DNA from: Diplonema japonicum | Taxonomy: Eukaryota; Protista; Euglenozoa: Diplonemea | Length of the DNA: 64,000 nt | Direction of reading: 5' to 3' | Assembly (NCBI GenBank): GCA_964019335.1 | Contig: OZ025675.1 | Span: forward strand, 248,001 to 312,000 | Shown here: positions 55,463-64,000 of the stretch, in pieces | Layout of the letters: each line of letters opens with the position of its first letter | How positions within the stretch are numbered: the first letter of the stretch is position 1 | The notes under the pieces: generated by a model | Told to the model about the DNA's origin: nothing | Seen by the model: only the letters and a program-made list of their open reading frames with translations | Database searches by the model: none | Position numbers and translations under genes: made by a program

Positions 55463-55968
55463 GATTAAAAAAAAAAGAGCCGGCTGATTGCTGTTGGGAG
55501 TTAACCTGTAGAAGGATAAGCCCAACAATGCCACTACTACTCTAATAGCAATAACAATTCATTATCAGCATATTGTTCTTCTTGCTCAAACAAAAAAAAA
55601 AAAAAAAAAAAAAAAAAAGAAGAAGGAAGAAAAAAAGAAAGAAGAATTTGATATAAAATCTCAGTGTCACTGGGGGGTGTTCACTGTCAAAAATGAAAAA
55701 GAAATTACATTTGAGGGGCATCATTTGACGACTACCATCACTACACACCCTTCCGTATCTGCCTGCCGTGTCTTCAAGTACTACAAAGTAATAATAAAAA
55801 AAAACGCATGCTGGGGAGGCAAGACTTTTTGTGGTAATTGAAAAGAACGGGGATGACATTGGTAAGTTCTGTCCGTGTGCCCTCATCTGAGAATGAATGT
55901 TCCCTTTTTCTCCCACAAAAAAAAGAAACAAATGGGGAAGGGGAAGGCTGTATATAAAAAAAAAATAT

Positions 55969-56391
55969 GAACTCGTCCCTCTTTTGCAACGGAAGTCCTC
56001 GGAAGACTTCTAAGTAGAAAAGTAGTCCGACACCACTTTGTGTGCAGAATTGCGGTCTGAGTGTGTTCACCATATAGGTCACAATGCTCGCCGTTTGTTT
56101 CATTTCTAAAACGAGCGTGCAAAACATGCTTTTTAGGTGCTGTATTTCAAGCTTTAAAATTGCATTTTAAACATTTCTCGCCGTTTTTCTGACCTCTGTT
56201 TTTCGCTTCCCGGGGGCAGCCGGTTGCCCTCATGGCAAAACAAGCATCGCAATTGAAAGAACGGCAACAGGTACACCATGTATGTCATCTTCCTATGGTT
56301 GCATGCTGCCCTTCTTTTGCTCAAATAATCAAAACAAGAAATCTTCGGAGGTGCCCAAAAAAGTGTTGACATTTTTTTTTCGGACGAGCTC
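55969..56391. mobile_element. MITE with GAGCTCGTCC-type TIR and ATAT flanks
   Basis: atat-GAACTCGTCC...GGACGAGCTC-atat. Interior shared with 27615-27875; left-end remnant at ~60211. Confidence 0.75.
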
Positions 56392-56402
56392 ATATATAAA
56401 AG

Positions 56403-56444
<42 letters not shown>

Positions 56445-56940
56445 AAGAATGGCTTTGGTTGCTTCATAAACCGCCTGGCGTACGAGCAACTTCTTAACCA
56501 AGCTAGCGGATGTTGCTATCCTTCTGTGCTGAAGGACGCATGGCTGCCCGACGAAGGCAGTGCTCATACCATCATTCCTTTTGGTAGCTTGCCTCTGGAT
56601 GATGTTTTGTGCCACAATCAATGACTTCTTCACGAACGGCAGTTGTGCTCTTGTCATAAAACAGTGACCCCGAGCGCTTTCACTGCGTGATCACGCAGAA
56701 CATCTTAACAACATTCATCGCTTCTCGTATCGGTTTCCCTTCCTTGGACACCGCAGTGAGGTTGTGACGTCGTGTGGTGGTAGATGGCATCGGTGTTCTC
56801 CTTCATGTCTGCTACCTTAGGAACCCCTTGAAAAGCAAAAAAAAAAACAAGGTGTAAAAAACCTTATAAGAGATAGGTGAAAAAAGAAAAAAGAAAACAA
56901 ACAAAAAGAGTACAAGAAGCTTTTTCGCGTTAAAGAAGAA

Positions 56941-59825
56941 AAGAAAAAACAAGAAAGCAGGAACAAGAAAAAGAGTCGGTTTGATTGTTGTTTGTGCACA
57001 GCCGGGAGGGGGGGGGTTAACCTGTAGATGAAAGGATAACGCCCAACAATGCTACCACTACTCTTTTTAGCAGTAAACAATTCTTATCAATATGTTTTTT
57101 CTTGTTCAAGCAAAAAGAAATTTCCAAGAAATTAATCCTCTTTCAACTGATGAAAGAAATACATTCTTGCGAAGGAGAGTTATCTTCTGAATTTTACAGG
57201 CAGTTGTGCGGAAAATCATATCATTTGACAGTTATAATCTTTTCCACATACTCGCTGATTCCTTTTAAAGATTTTTAAACTTAAGAATTCTTCGTCACTG
57301 TCAACCTTTTCAGGAAAATAGTTATTGAACTCGTTCGTTGACCAACTGCACCATGCCACCAAACCCTTTCCCAAGCTTTTCTTTCGGCAAAGGAACAAGT
57401 TTTTATGAAAATGAACACCTGGAGCCATCAAAGCAGACGAAAGAACGAAAATAATACAACCAAAAGAAGGGGGAAGAAGAAGAGAAACTGCGCTCTGGAA
57501 TCAATTCACATCCATCACAGGGATTCCGTTCCTCACCACCGTGTCGTTGTGAAGCTTGTCTGACAGTTTCACGAGATTTGGGTTTTCGGATTTGAACTTC
57601 TCAAGGCACTCCAATGCTGTTTCATGGTTGCAGGCATCCATTGCCGCCCAGTAGCTGTTTAGAAACAGGTCCTTTTGAGCATTCTGTGCTTCCAGCTGGT
57701 ACATCCATTCCTCTTCAGCAGCCTGCACCTTCTCCCGTATCCAGTGAACCCTTACCTCCTCATTAGTTGTAAGTGACCTCACTCTGTCCACACGGTGTTC
57801 CACCACCCCGTTCAGCCCGTCCACCACAGCATCAGACGCAAAGACAGACGGTACGAGCCCAAGCTCCTTCCCATGCAGCGCCATGTGCGACCCGACATCA
57901 ACAAGATCCGACCCTATCACGTTGAACCTCTGCTGTGCGCTCCCAAGGATCCCGTGGAAGCTGGGCCCTGTGTTGATACCGATGTCCACAGGCATGATGT
58001 CGTTCACTGCTTCGTACAGCTCCAGCCCGAGCGTCGTGCTGCATTGCTTGCTGGTGCTCCTGGGGCAGTTACGGACAGTGTTCCACGTCACCACTATCCT
58101 GTTCCCCTCCAAGTAGCTCACGACCCCCTTGAAGGACCTCGCCAGCTCCGCGGTGTGTGAAAAAAGTAGCTTGTGAGCGTTCGCAGCACTGTCCAAGCTC
58201 TTCTTGCATGCATCGGTGAAATTGCTCAGGTGCACAGTCAAGCTCGTGGCAGGCTTCGAGGCTTTCAGCCCCAATGAGAACATACCTCCCTTCATAGCTG
58301 CAGCTTTCGCAGTGTCTTTGGAGTTGCATGACCTGGCAGTCGACTTGGTAAATCCAGTGCCTGTGGTCACGCTCTCTGTGCCAGTGTCATCATCCGTGAT
58401 GTCTACATCAGGAAGGAAGGCCTGTACCTGCTTCACCATCTCCACAGCATGCCAGAACCCATGGTACAGGGAATCAAGCTCGTACAGGAAATGAGACTTC
58501 CCAACGGCCATCACATCGCAGTGCTCAAGCTGCATGTTCGCCACCTTGTCGAAGGCCTTTGCAAGTCGAGTGAGGTTCATGGTGAAGGCAAGAGTCACGA
58601 TCGTGGCGATGATGGTGGAGGTGACCACAAGAATAATGACGATAATCGAGGTGTCCCTGTTCGAGTCGTAGATCTTCTGGAAGAACTCCTTCTCAGGGAC
58701 GAGCCCGATGAGGTACCAGCGGAGGTTGCTGTGGTACACAGGGCGAATCTCTATCCAGTAGGTTCCACCGTGACTGAGCTTCGCAAAGTACTCTTCGTTG
58801 CCCGTGAAGAGGGACAAGTCAGGGAGAGCAGCGTCCAGAGAATGGTAAATGGTGACATTCGTCGAGAGGAGTGTGTGGCGCAAGTAGTTCGGCTTCCCTG
58901 TGGGAAGGGTCCCGTTCGCGTAGTACGTCATGTCAACATCGGTGGAGCTGACGAGCATCTTGTTCTCGTCGATGAGGACCAGGTGAGAGTTTTGTGACAG
59001 GAGGTAGGGGTGGAGGGAAAAGAACGAAAGGTAGATACTGGTACATGTGACACCAATGAAGTCAGCAGGGTTTGGAACAGGGGTGCGGAACACTGGAACT
59101 GTGAGGGTGACGAAGGGACCACCACCTCCCTTCAAGTTCGGGTTCACCGAAACGATAATGGTAGTCCAGCGAGGGACATTGTCAGTGAGGTACTGAACGT
59201 AATTGGGCCCCGTGTGGTACATGCTGACATAAGCACGGCCGGAGAGGTTAACACCGGCAGTGATTGTGGTGCTGTTGTCCCAGGTCCCGTTCTCAGGGAA
59301 GTAAGGCCGCTGCATGTCTATGACTGGGGGGTTGTTGAAGATAACAGTCTTCCCTGCCCCATCGACGATAGTTCCAAAGCCGTATGTTTCCCCGAGGGCC
59401 CTGTTTCCAGACAGTGCCATGTACAGTGTGAAGAAGCCCGAGTGTTTGAAGAAGTGCGAGGCCCTTCTCACCCATTGCTCGATCGGGCTGTCAAAGCGTA
59501 TAAGCCCCATCTCGATGTCGCTCTTCGCTGCTACAATAGCGTCCTCAGGTTCTCTCTGCAGCTTGAAGCGGATCTCATTGATCACAGTTTCCATCTTCGC
59601 CCCGGAGAACCGCCTCGACACGATGTTGATGCTGTCCTCTGCGTTGTTCTTCGTGATCACGAACACCAGCACAGACGACACCGCCACCAAGGCAGCCATC
59701 GTGGTCACCCCTACCACTGCTGTGGGGACACGCATTCGATAATTTATACCTTTGTTAAATTTTTCTTGTTTCTTTATTTTCTGGGTTCCCTCTAAGGAGA
59801 TTTTGGCTAGGGCCGGGAAAATAAA
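56941..59825. repeat. Tandem duplication unit of the receptor gene with flanks (partner ~49742-53345)
   Basis: Shared downstream sequence (element G, gaaagaaatacattcttgcgaagg, ataatacaaccaaaa) and ~85 bp of upstream sequence. Confidence 0.85.
57501..59735 (-). CDS. Receptor-type pseudo-cyclase, tandem duplicate of 51025..53256 (744 aa)
   Basis: Near-identical to the previous gene except for a short extracellular patch and the Ser/Thr linker; flanks are also homologous. Confidence 0.82.
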   Translation of the reverse strand: MRVPTAVVGVTTMAALVAVSSVLVFVITKNNAEDSINIVSRRFSGAKMETVINEIRFKLQREPEDAIVAAKSDIEMGLIRFDSPIEQWVRRASHFFKHSGFFTLYMALSGNRALGETYGFGTIVDGAGKTVIFNNPPVIDMQRPYFPENGTWDNSTTITAGVNLSGRAYVSMYHTGPNYVQYLTDNVPRWTTIIVSVNPNLKGGGGPFVTLTVPVFRTPVPNPADFIGVTCTSIYLSFFSLHPYLLSQNSHLVLIDENKMLVSSTDVDMTYYANGTLPTGKPNYLRHTLLSTNVTIYHSLDAALPDLSLFTGNEEYFAKLSHGGTYWIEIRPVYHSNLRWYLIGLVPEKEFFQKIYDSNRDTSIIVIILVVTSTIIATIVTLAFTMNLTRLAKAFDKVANMQLEHCDVMAVGKSHFLYELDSLYHGFWHAVEMVKQVQAFLPDVDITDDDTGTESVTTGTGFTKSTARSCNSKDTAKAAAMKGGMFSLGLKASKPATSLTVHLSNFTDACKKSLDSAANAHKLLFSHTAELARSFKGVVSYLEGNRIVVTWNTVRNCPRSTSKQCSTTLGLELYEAVNDIMPVDIGINTGPSFHGILGSAQQRFNVIGSDLVDVGSHMALHGKELGLVPSVFASDAVVDGLNGVVEHRVDRVRSLTTNEEVRVHWIREKVQAAEEEWMYQLEAQNAQKDLFLNSYWAAMDACNHETALECLEKFKSENPNLVKLSDKLHNDTVVRNGIPVMDVN

Positions 59826-60304
59826 AACTCGATAAAATTTCAGTGTGCATGGGGGTGCTCACTGTTCAGGGAGAAATTCACACAAATCGGTCACCGTTCT
59901 GCGGTTGCTGTCTGGTGCCTGCGGTGGCTGTTTGTCGCGATGAGATGGATAAAAAAAAAACGAGGGAGAAGAAAAAGAACAAAAAAAAAAAAAAAGAAAA
60001 GAAAAACGAGGGAGAAGAAAAAGCACATATAGAGTCAAAAAGGAAAATAAACTATTCCGCTTCTTATACGACTGCCGAGGTACTATGGGGAGCTGTCGCC
60101 GTCTGGAATTAGTAAAGTCCTGCCCCAAAATAGATTAGAGTCGTGGAAACGACTACGATGACCTGTTTTAAGGGCAAGAGGAAAGGGCAAGTTATTTATT
60201 TAAAGAATATGAGTCTGTCCAGAAAAGAAATGCCAACAAATGACCTTCTTTTGCAACGGAAAGCCATATCGGAAAACTTTGCTGCTATCGCAAAAAAAAA
60301 AAAA

Positions 60305-60438
60305 TAATTCTTTATGACTATATGTCTTTGTTGTTCGCACGAGCAAAAAAGGTTTTTTAAAAAGCTGCGAAAGTTTTTTGCTCGGCACAAGTTGCATATA
60401 GTTATAAAATCATTTTTTGAAAGATAAATATTTGTAAC
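60305..60438. mobile_element. Hairpin element H (~134 bp)
   Basis: Near-identical to 16123-16257; also 17207-17380, ~22590-22712 and partial 55112-55171. Stems tttatgactatatg/catatagttataaa and cgagcaaaaaa/ttttttgctcg. Confidence 0.82.
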
Positions 60439-60454
60439 AAAAAAAAAAAAAAAA

Positions 60455-61549
60455 TTGATAAATTTCGGTGTGCGGGTGGGTGCTCACTGTTCAGGGAGAA
60501 ATCCACACTAATCGGTCACCGTTCTGCGGTTGCTGTCTGGTGCCTGCGGTGGCTGTTTGTCACGATGAGATGGACGGCATGTGGGCGAGAAACATTGCTT
60601 GGAGTCGTGCTAGGTAGGGGGCGGTTTGGCTCGAGGAGAAGAGTGGTCTCCTGTCGTAGCCGTGTGTCGTCGGGCCCCCAAGATGTCGAAGGGTGTGTAC
60701 CCTTGTCTTTGCGTTGGCGGGGAAAGCATTCTTCCCACTCTTTGCTGTGCATTTCTGAATACGTCCTAAGATGTATCGCATCCTTCCAGCCTTCTCTGTG
60801 AGCCAGTCGTCGAGGGGTCCAACCAAGGACTGCCGGGTGGCCTGCTCATAGTCTACTGCGAGCTCCATCGTCGTGACGGACGTCTACTTCCTGCCTGCGT
60901 ACCATCTTAGGCTTTTCAGCCACCTGAGGACGCTCTTTATGTAAAACATTAGGACCTTTCCCGACGCTCCGTTCGATTTCAACAGCTCCACTGTGGGCAC
61001 AGTGTGCTGCTTCCCCGTTGTGATCTCATCCCACGGGTTGGTGGTGAGGATTCTGGTGCTCCGTTCAGCCGCTCTGGCGTCTCGTCTTGTCACGACATCC
61101 AACAGGTATCGTTGCACGACTGCCGCCTGTTGCTTCGCAGCCCCCGTTGCGCCCCTTGGAATGATCCCGTGGAGGGCGGTCACTGCAGGTAGGTCACTTC
61201 GTGTCATCCCGCCATATCTTTCGTTTGTCAGGGCAGCTCTCGCTGGTGCACATTCCCACAGGGCGTGCTCCGACTTCTGTCGTCGTCTGGCATCGATGGT
61301 CGCAGACGTCGCACGCAAGAGACGAGCTTTCCACACCCTCACGTTCATCCAATTGCTTCCCCCACACTCGAGTGAACACTGCACCGCTGATGATCCGCCG
61401 CAGTCTGTACGATATCAGCGGTCTCCGTGACTGGAGCTTCCTCCACCAGGCGTTCGTGGACGGACATGCACCCGCTTCCATTCCAGCAAAAGACGACCTG
61501 CCGTGGATCAATTCCTTTGCAACAGCCGGTCTGATCGCCTGTCTTACTT
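60455..61549 (-). mobile_element. LINE family A, 5'-truncated decayed copy
   Basis: Homologous to 32198-33310 (GMEAGACPSTN, HALWEC, MELAVDYEQ), with frameshifts and a stop. Confidence 0.88.
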
Positions 61550-61568
61550 AAGAAAAAAAAAAGAACGA

Positions 61569-62005
61569 TCGATAAAGTTTCAGTGTGCATGGGGGTGCTC
61601 ACTATTCAGGTAGAAATCCACACTAATCGGTCACCGTTCTGCGGTTGCTGTCTGGTGCCTGCGGTGGCTGTTTGTCGCGATGAGATGGACGGCATCTGGG
61701 CGAGAAACATTACATGGAGTCGCGCAAGGTAAGGGGCTGTTTGGCTCGAGGAGAAGAGTGGTCTCCTGTCGTAGCCGTGTGTCGTCGCAAGGTATGCACA
61801 TGCACCCTCGACTTAGCTTTGGCAGGGAAAGCAGTACGCCCCTCTCTCTGCACTTTTCTGGATGCGACCCAAGAGATATCGCATTCTATTGGCTTTCTTC
61901 GTGAGGTAGTCCTGATCGTCAAGCGGGCCTATGAGTGACCGGCGGGTGGTCTGCTCATAGTCAATCGCGAGCTCCATCGTTGTGATGGAAGTCTTGCTCT
62001 TACCT
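61569..62005 (-). mobile_element. LINE family A, short 3' fragment
   Basis: Matches 32198-32650. Further A tails at 2897-3021, 49017-49050, 50330-50453, 55648-55687, 59828-59949, and inverted at 4116-4152. Confidence 0.85.
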
Positions 62006-62007
62006 AC

Positions 62008-62040
<33 letters not shown>

Positions 62041-62043
<3 letters not shown>

Positions 62044-64000
62044 ATGAGATAAAGGAGGTTCCTGTTTTGGAACGTCCCCCTTGTCTCTACTTATCTACCC
62101 CTTTCTCCCTTCTGGGGCCTCGGCCTTTCTTTCTTTTTTGGCTGTGTTGCCTTCCTCAAAGTATCCTCCCTTTCTTCTTGCCACTTTCTGCCCAGTTTCT
62201 TAAGGTCCTTCTTGGTTTTCTCTGATGCAAAAACTGGCCTTCTGTTCCATCCCAGACTCTTCTTCGCACCTATGGTTCTAAGCGCGTGGTTCTTCTGGCT
62301 CTCCGCTGGGAAGATCCGCTTGCCTCTGACCTTCTTCTGTATGCGTGCTGTGTCCCACCCCTCTTGGATTCTTTCCAGGAGGCCGTGGAAACTCCGCGCT
62401 TTCTTCTGTATCATGTCTAGATCACCCTTCTTCCCCGTGATCGGCTCGACGCCCAGCGTGTTCTCGAAGTCTAGTACGAGTTCCATTGTGGTGACTGTCG
62501 TCTTCCTCGGTCCATCGTACCACTTCAGCTTTTTGAGCCACTTGACGATGTCTTCACCGTGCTTCATCATCAGGCTCCCGCTCACATGCTTCCTCAGCTC
62601 CTTCCATTCAGGTGGCGCATGAGCGTTTCCTTCCGTTATCTGTTCCCAGGGGTGCGTCGTGTACGTTTCTAGCTTTCTCTTGTCCTGGAGAAGCTGGTCC
62701 CGTTTTGCCACCACTTCCAGCAGGTAGTATTGCGTCTTCCTCAGCCGGTGTTGGTGTGTTCGGTGATCACGCGGGAGCGTTCCATGTAGCTGCATGCAGA
62801 TTGGCATTTCCGTCTTGCTGGCCACTACTTCTGCATGTACTTCCTTCTGTTGCACCTCCTTCGCCACACTGCATTCCCATAATGCGTGTCGCAGCATGTT
62901 GCTCTCGTCCTCCTCCGCACCGCACGCGTCGCATGTGACTTCGTCTGTTGTTGGTCTCTTGTTCACACGCTCGTGTGTCTCGTCCCCTTCCTCTTCCGAG
63001 CTGTCCTCGCTTTCGCTCTGCTCGCCCTCTGGGGGTGGTACCCGTCTGGTGATTTTGTCCTGGTACCACGCCTTTGGGTGGGTGTAGAAAACCCCTCCCG
63101 CCACGATCCTCCGGAGGTCTCTCGCTGCCATTGCTCCTTGTGGTCCGAGTCTCATCAGCTCTCGCCACAGGTCGTTCGTGCGTGGGTCTGCGCCCCGGTC
63201 TAACCCCTCCATCGAGCGTCTTCTGTCCTGTATGTGTTCCGCACGTCCCGACCTTAGCTTTTCTCGCACTACATGTGCGAATTTGTCCTTGTTCTCAGCT
63301 AGCATTTCGGTGAACTGCCCCCAGTTTGTGCTGATCTTCGGGAGCCACCGCTTCATCGCGTTGCCTATCGGGCCCAAAGGTGTCGTTCTTGTCGGGTCTT
63401 GGTACCCTTTGGCAAGTCTCTGGCACCGCTCCCACACCTCTCCCAATTTTCGTCTCGTTCTGTATATGGCTGCTAGTGCTCTGTAGGGCGCTGCTACCTC
63501 TGGGTCGTGTGTGTGTCCGCTGAACAGGTTTGACAGCACCGCCGCTGGTGATCTTGTTCTGTACCTCGGTCCCCACAAGGCGTATGTCGCGGTTGATGTG
63601 AGCGATTTGAGGTATCCTTCCGACGGCGGCGCGAATGCAACATCATACAGACAGCTGGGTAGCACCGTTGTTCGCAGGACTTCCGCTTTCTGCCAGAAAG
63701 AGAGCTGAGTGGTCGCGAGCCTCCGTAGCGTGTCGCCCGCCGCCCTGGCCCTGGTGTTGTCCGTCTGCGTCTGACCATCCGTGCGTATCCTCGCCCCCAG
63801 GATCTTGATCTTGTTCGTGGACCGCAGCTGCCTTCCTGCTACCTCTATCCCTGGTGCCTTCGCTCCTGCTGCGAACACTTCGGACTTCTTCGTGTTGAGC
63901 TCCATGCCAACTATGTCGCAGAATGCGGATGCACTGTCCGTGGCTTTTTGTAGTACTTCTGCTAGTTTCGCCAACAGGTATGCGTCGTCCGCATACGACA
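62041..64000 (-). mobile_element. LINE family C, 3' part with open ORF (62091..window end), continues past right edge
   Basis: SYADDAYLL at the window edge; CDAC...HALWEC zinc finger; KWLKKLKWY...TMELVLDFE and HALRT...WNRRPVF homologous to family A; 50-nt 3' UTR followed by a ~31-nt sense T-run. Confidence 0.92.

Larger units (their letters stand above)
54335..55955. repeat. Diverged duplicate of composite intergenic segment 31541-32190 plus 35587-36000
   Basis: Colinear blocks: cgtgcgtatatgtg, gatgagataaaattatctg (decayed family C 3' end), aaacagctgctaaatc, cacgttttcc.attgtgttcc, attacatttgaggggcatc, ccctcatctgagaat. Confidence 0.85.

Noticed and set aside
55204-55545. Poly-Lys, poly-Phe and poly-Ser ORFs (also 8205..8828, 28016..28495, 47499..48203)
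   Set aside because: Translations of microsatellites and homopolymers.
56495-56815. Possible decayed cyclase fragment (QATKRNDGMSTAFVGQ resembling KGMLDLFVGD)
   Set aside because: Similarity is too short to support without a profile search.

Overview
Eukaryotic genomic DNA, probably from a discoban/euglenozoan protist (diplomemid-like is my inference, not established). All recognisable protein genes are intronless and on the minus strand, as in a polycistronic unit. They are a VWA-domain gene (partial at the left edge, missed by the ORF track), a repeat-domain hypothetical protein, a full-length ABCA transporter, seven paralogous 6TM proteins with a degenerate class III cyclase domain, and two near-identical receptor-type (2TM plus extracellular sensor) pseudo-cyclases. 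The A-run-rich spacers are densely packed with mobile DNA. (1) At least three non-LTR retrotransposon families and their short derivatives lack a sense-strand poly(A) tail. They end in a ~50-nt 3' UTR with a structurally conserved, covarying stem-loop that abuts a T-run, the mirror image of L1 polarity, and nearly all copies are co-oriented with the genes. (2) Four sequence-divergent ~110-140 bp elements share one long-hairpin fold and a bulge motif. (3) Several MITEs/non-autonomous DNA transposons are present. Paralogous segments inside the window supply filled and empty sites for several insertions. The best candidates for undescribed biology are the T-tract-anchored retroposon system, the shared-fold hairpin elements, and the mosaic array of catalytically degenerate cyclase receptors.
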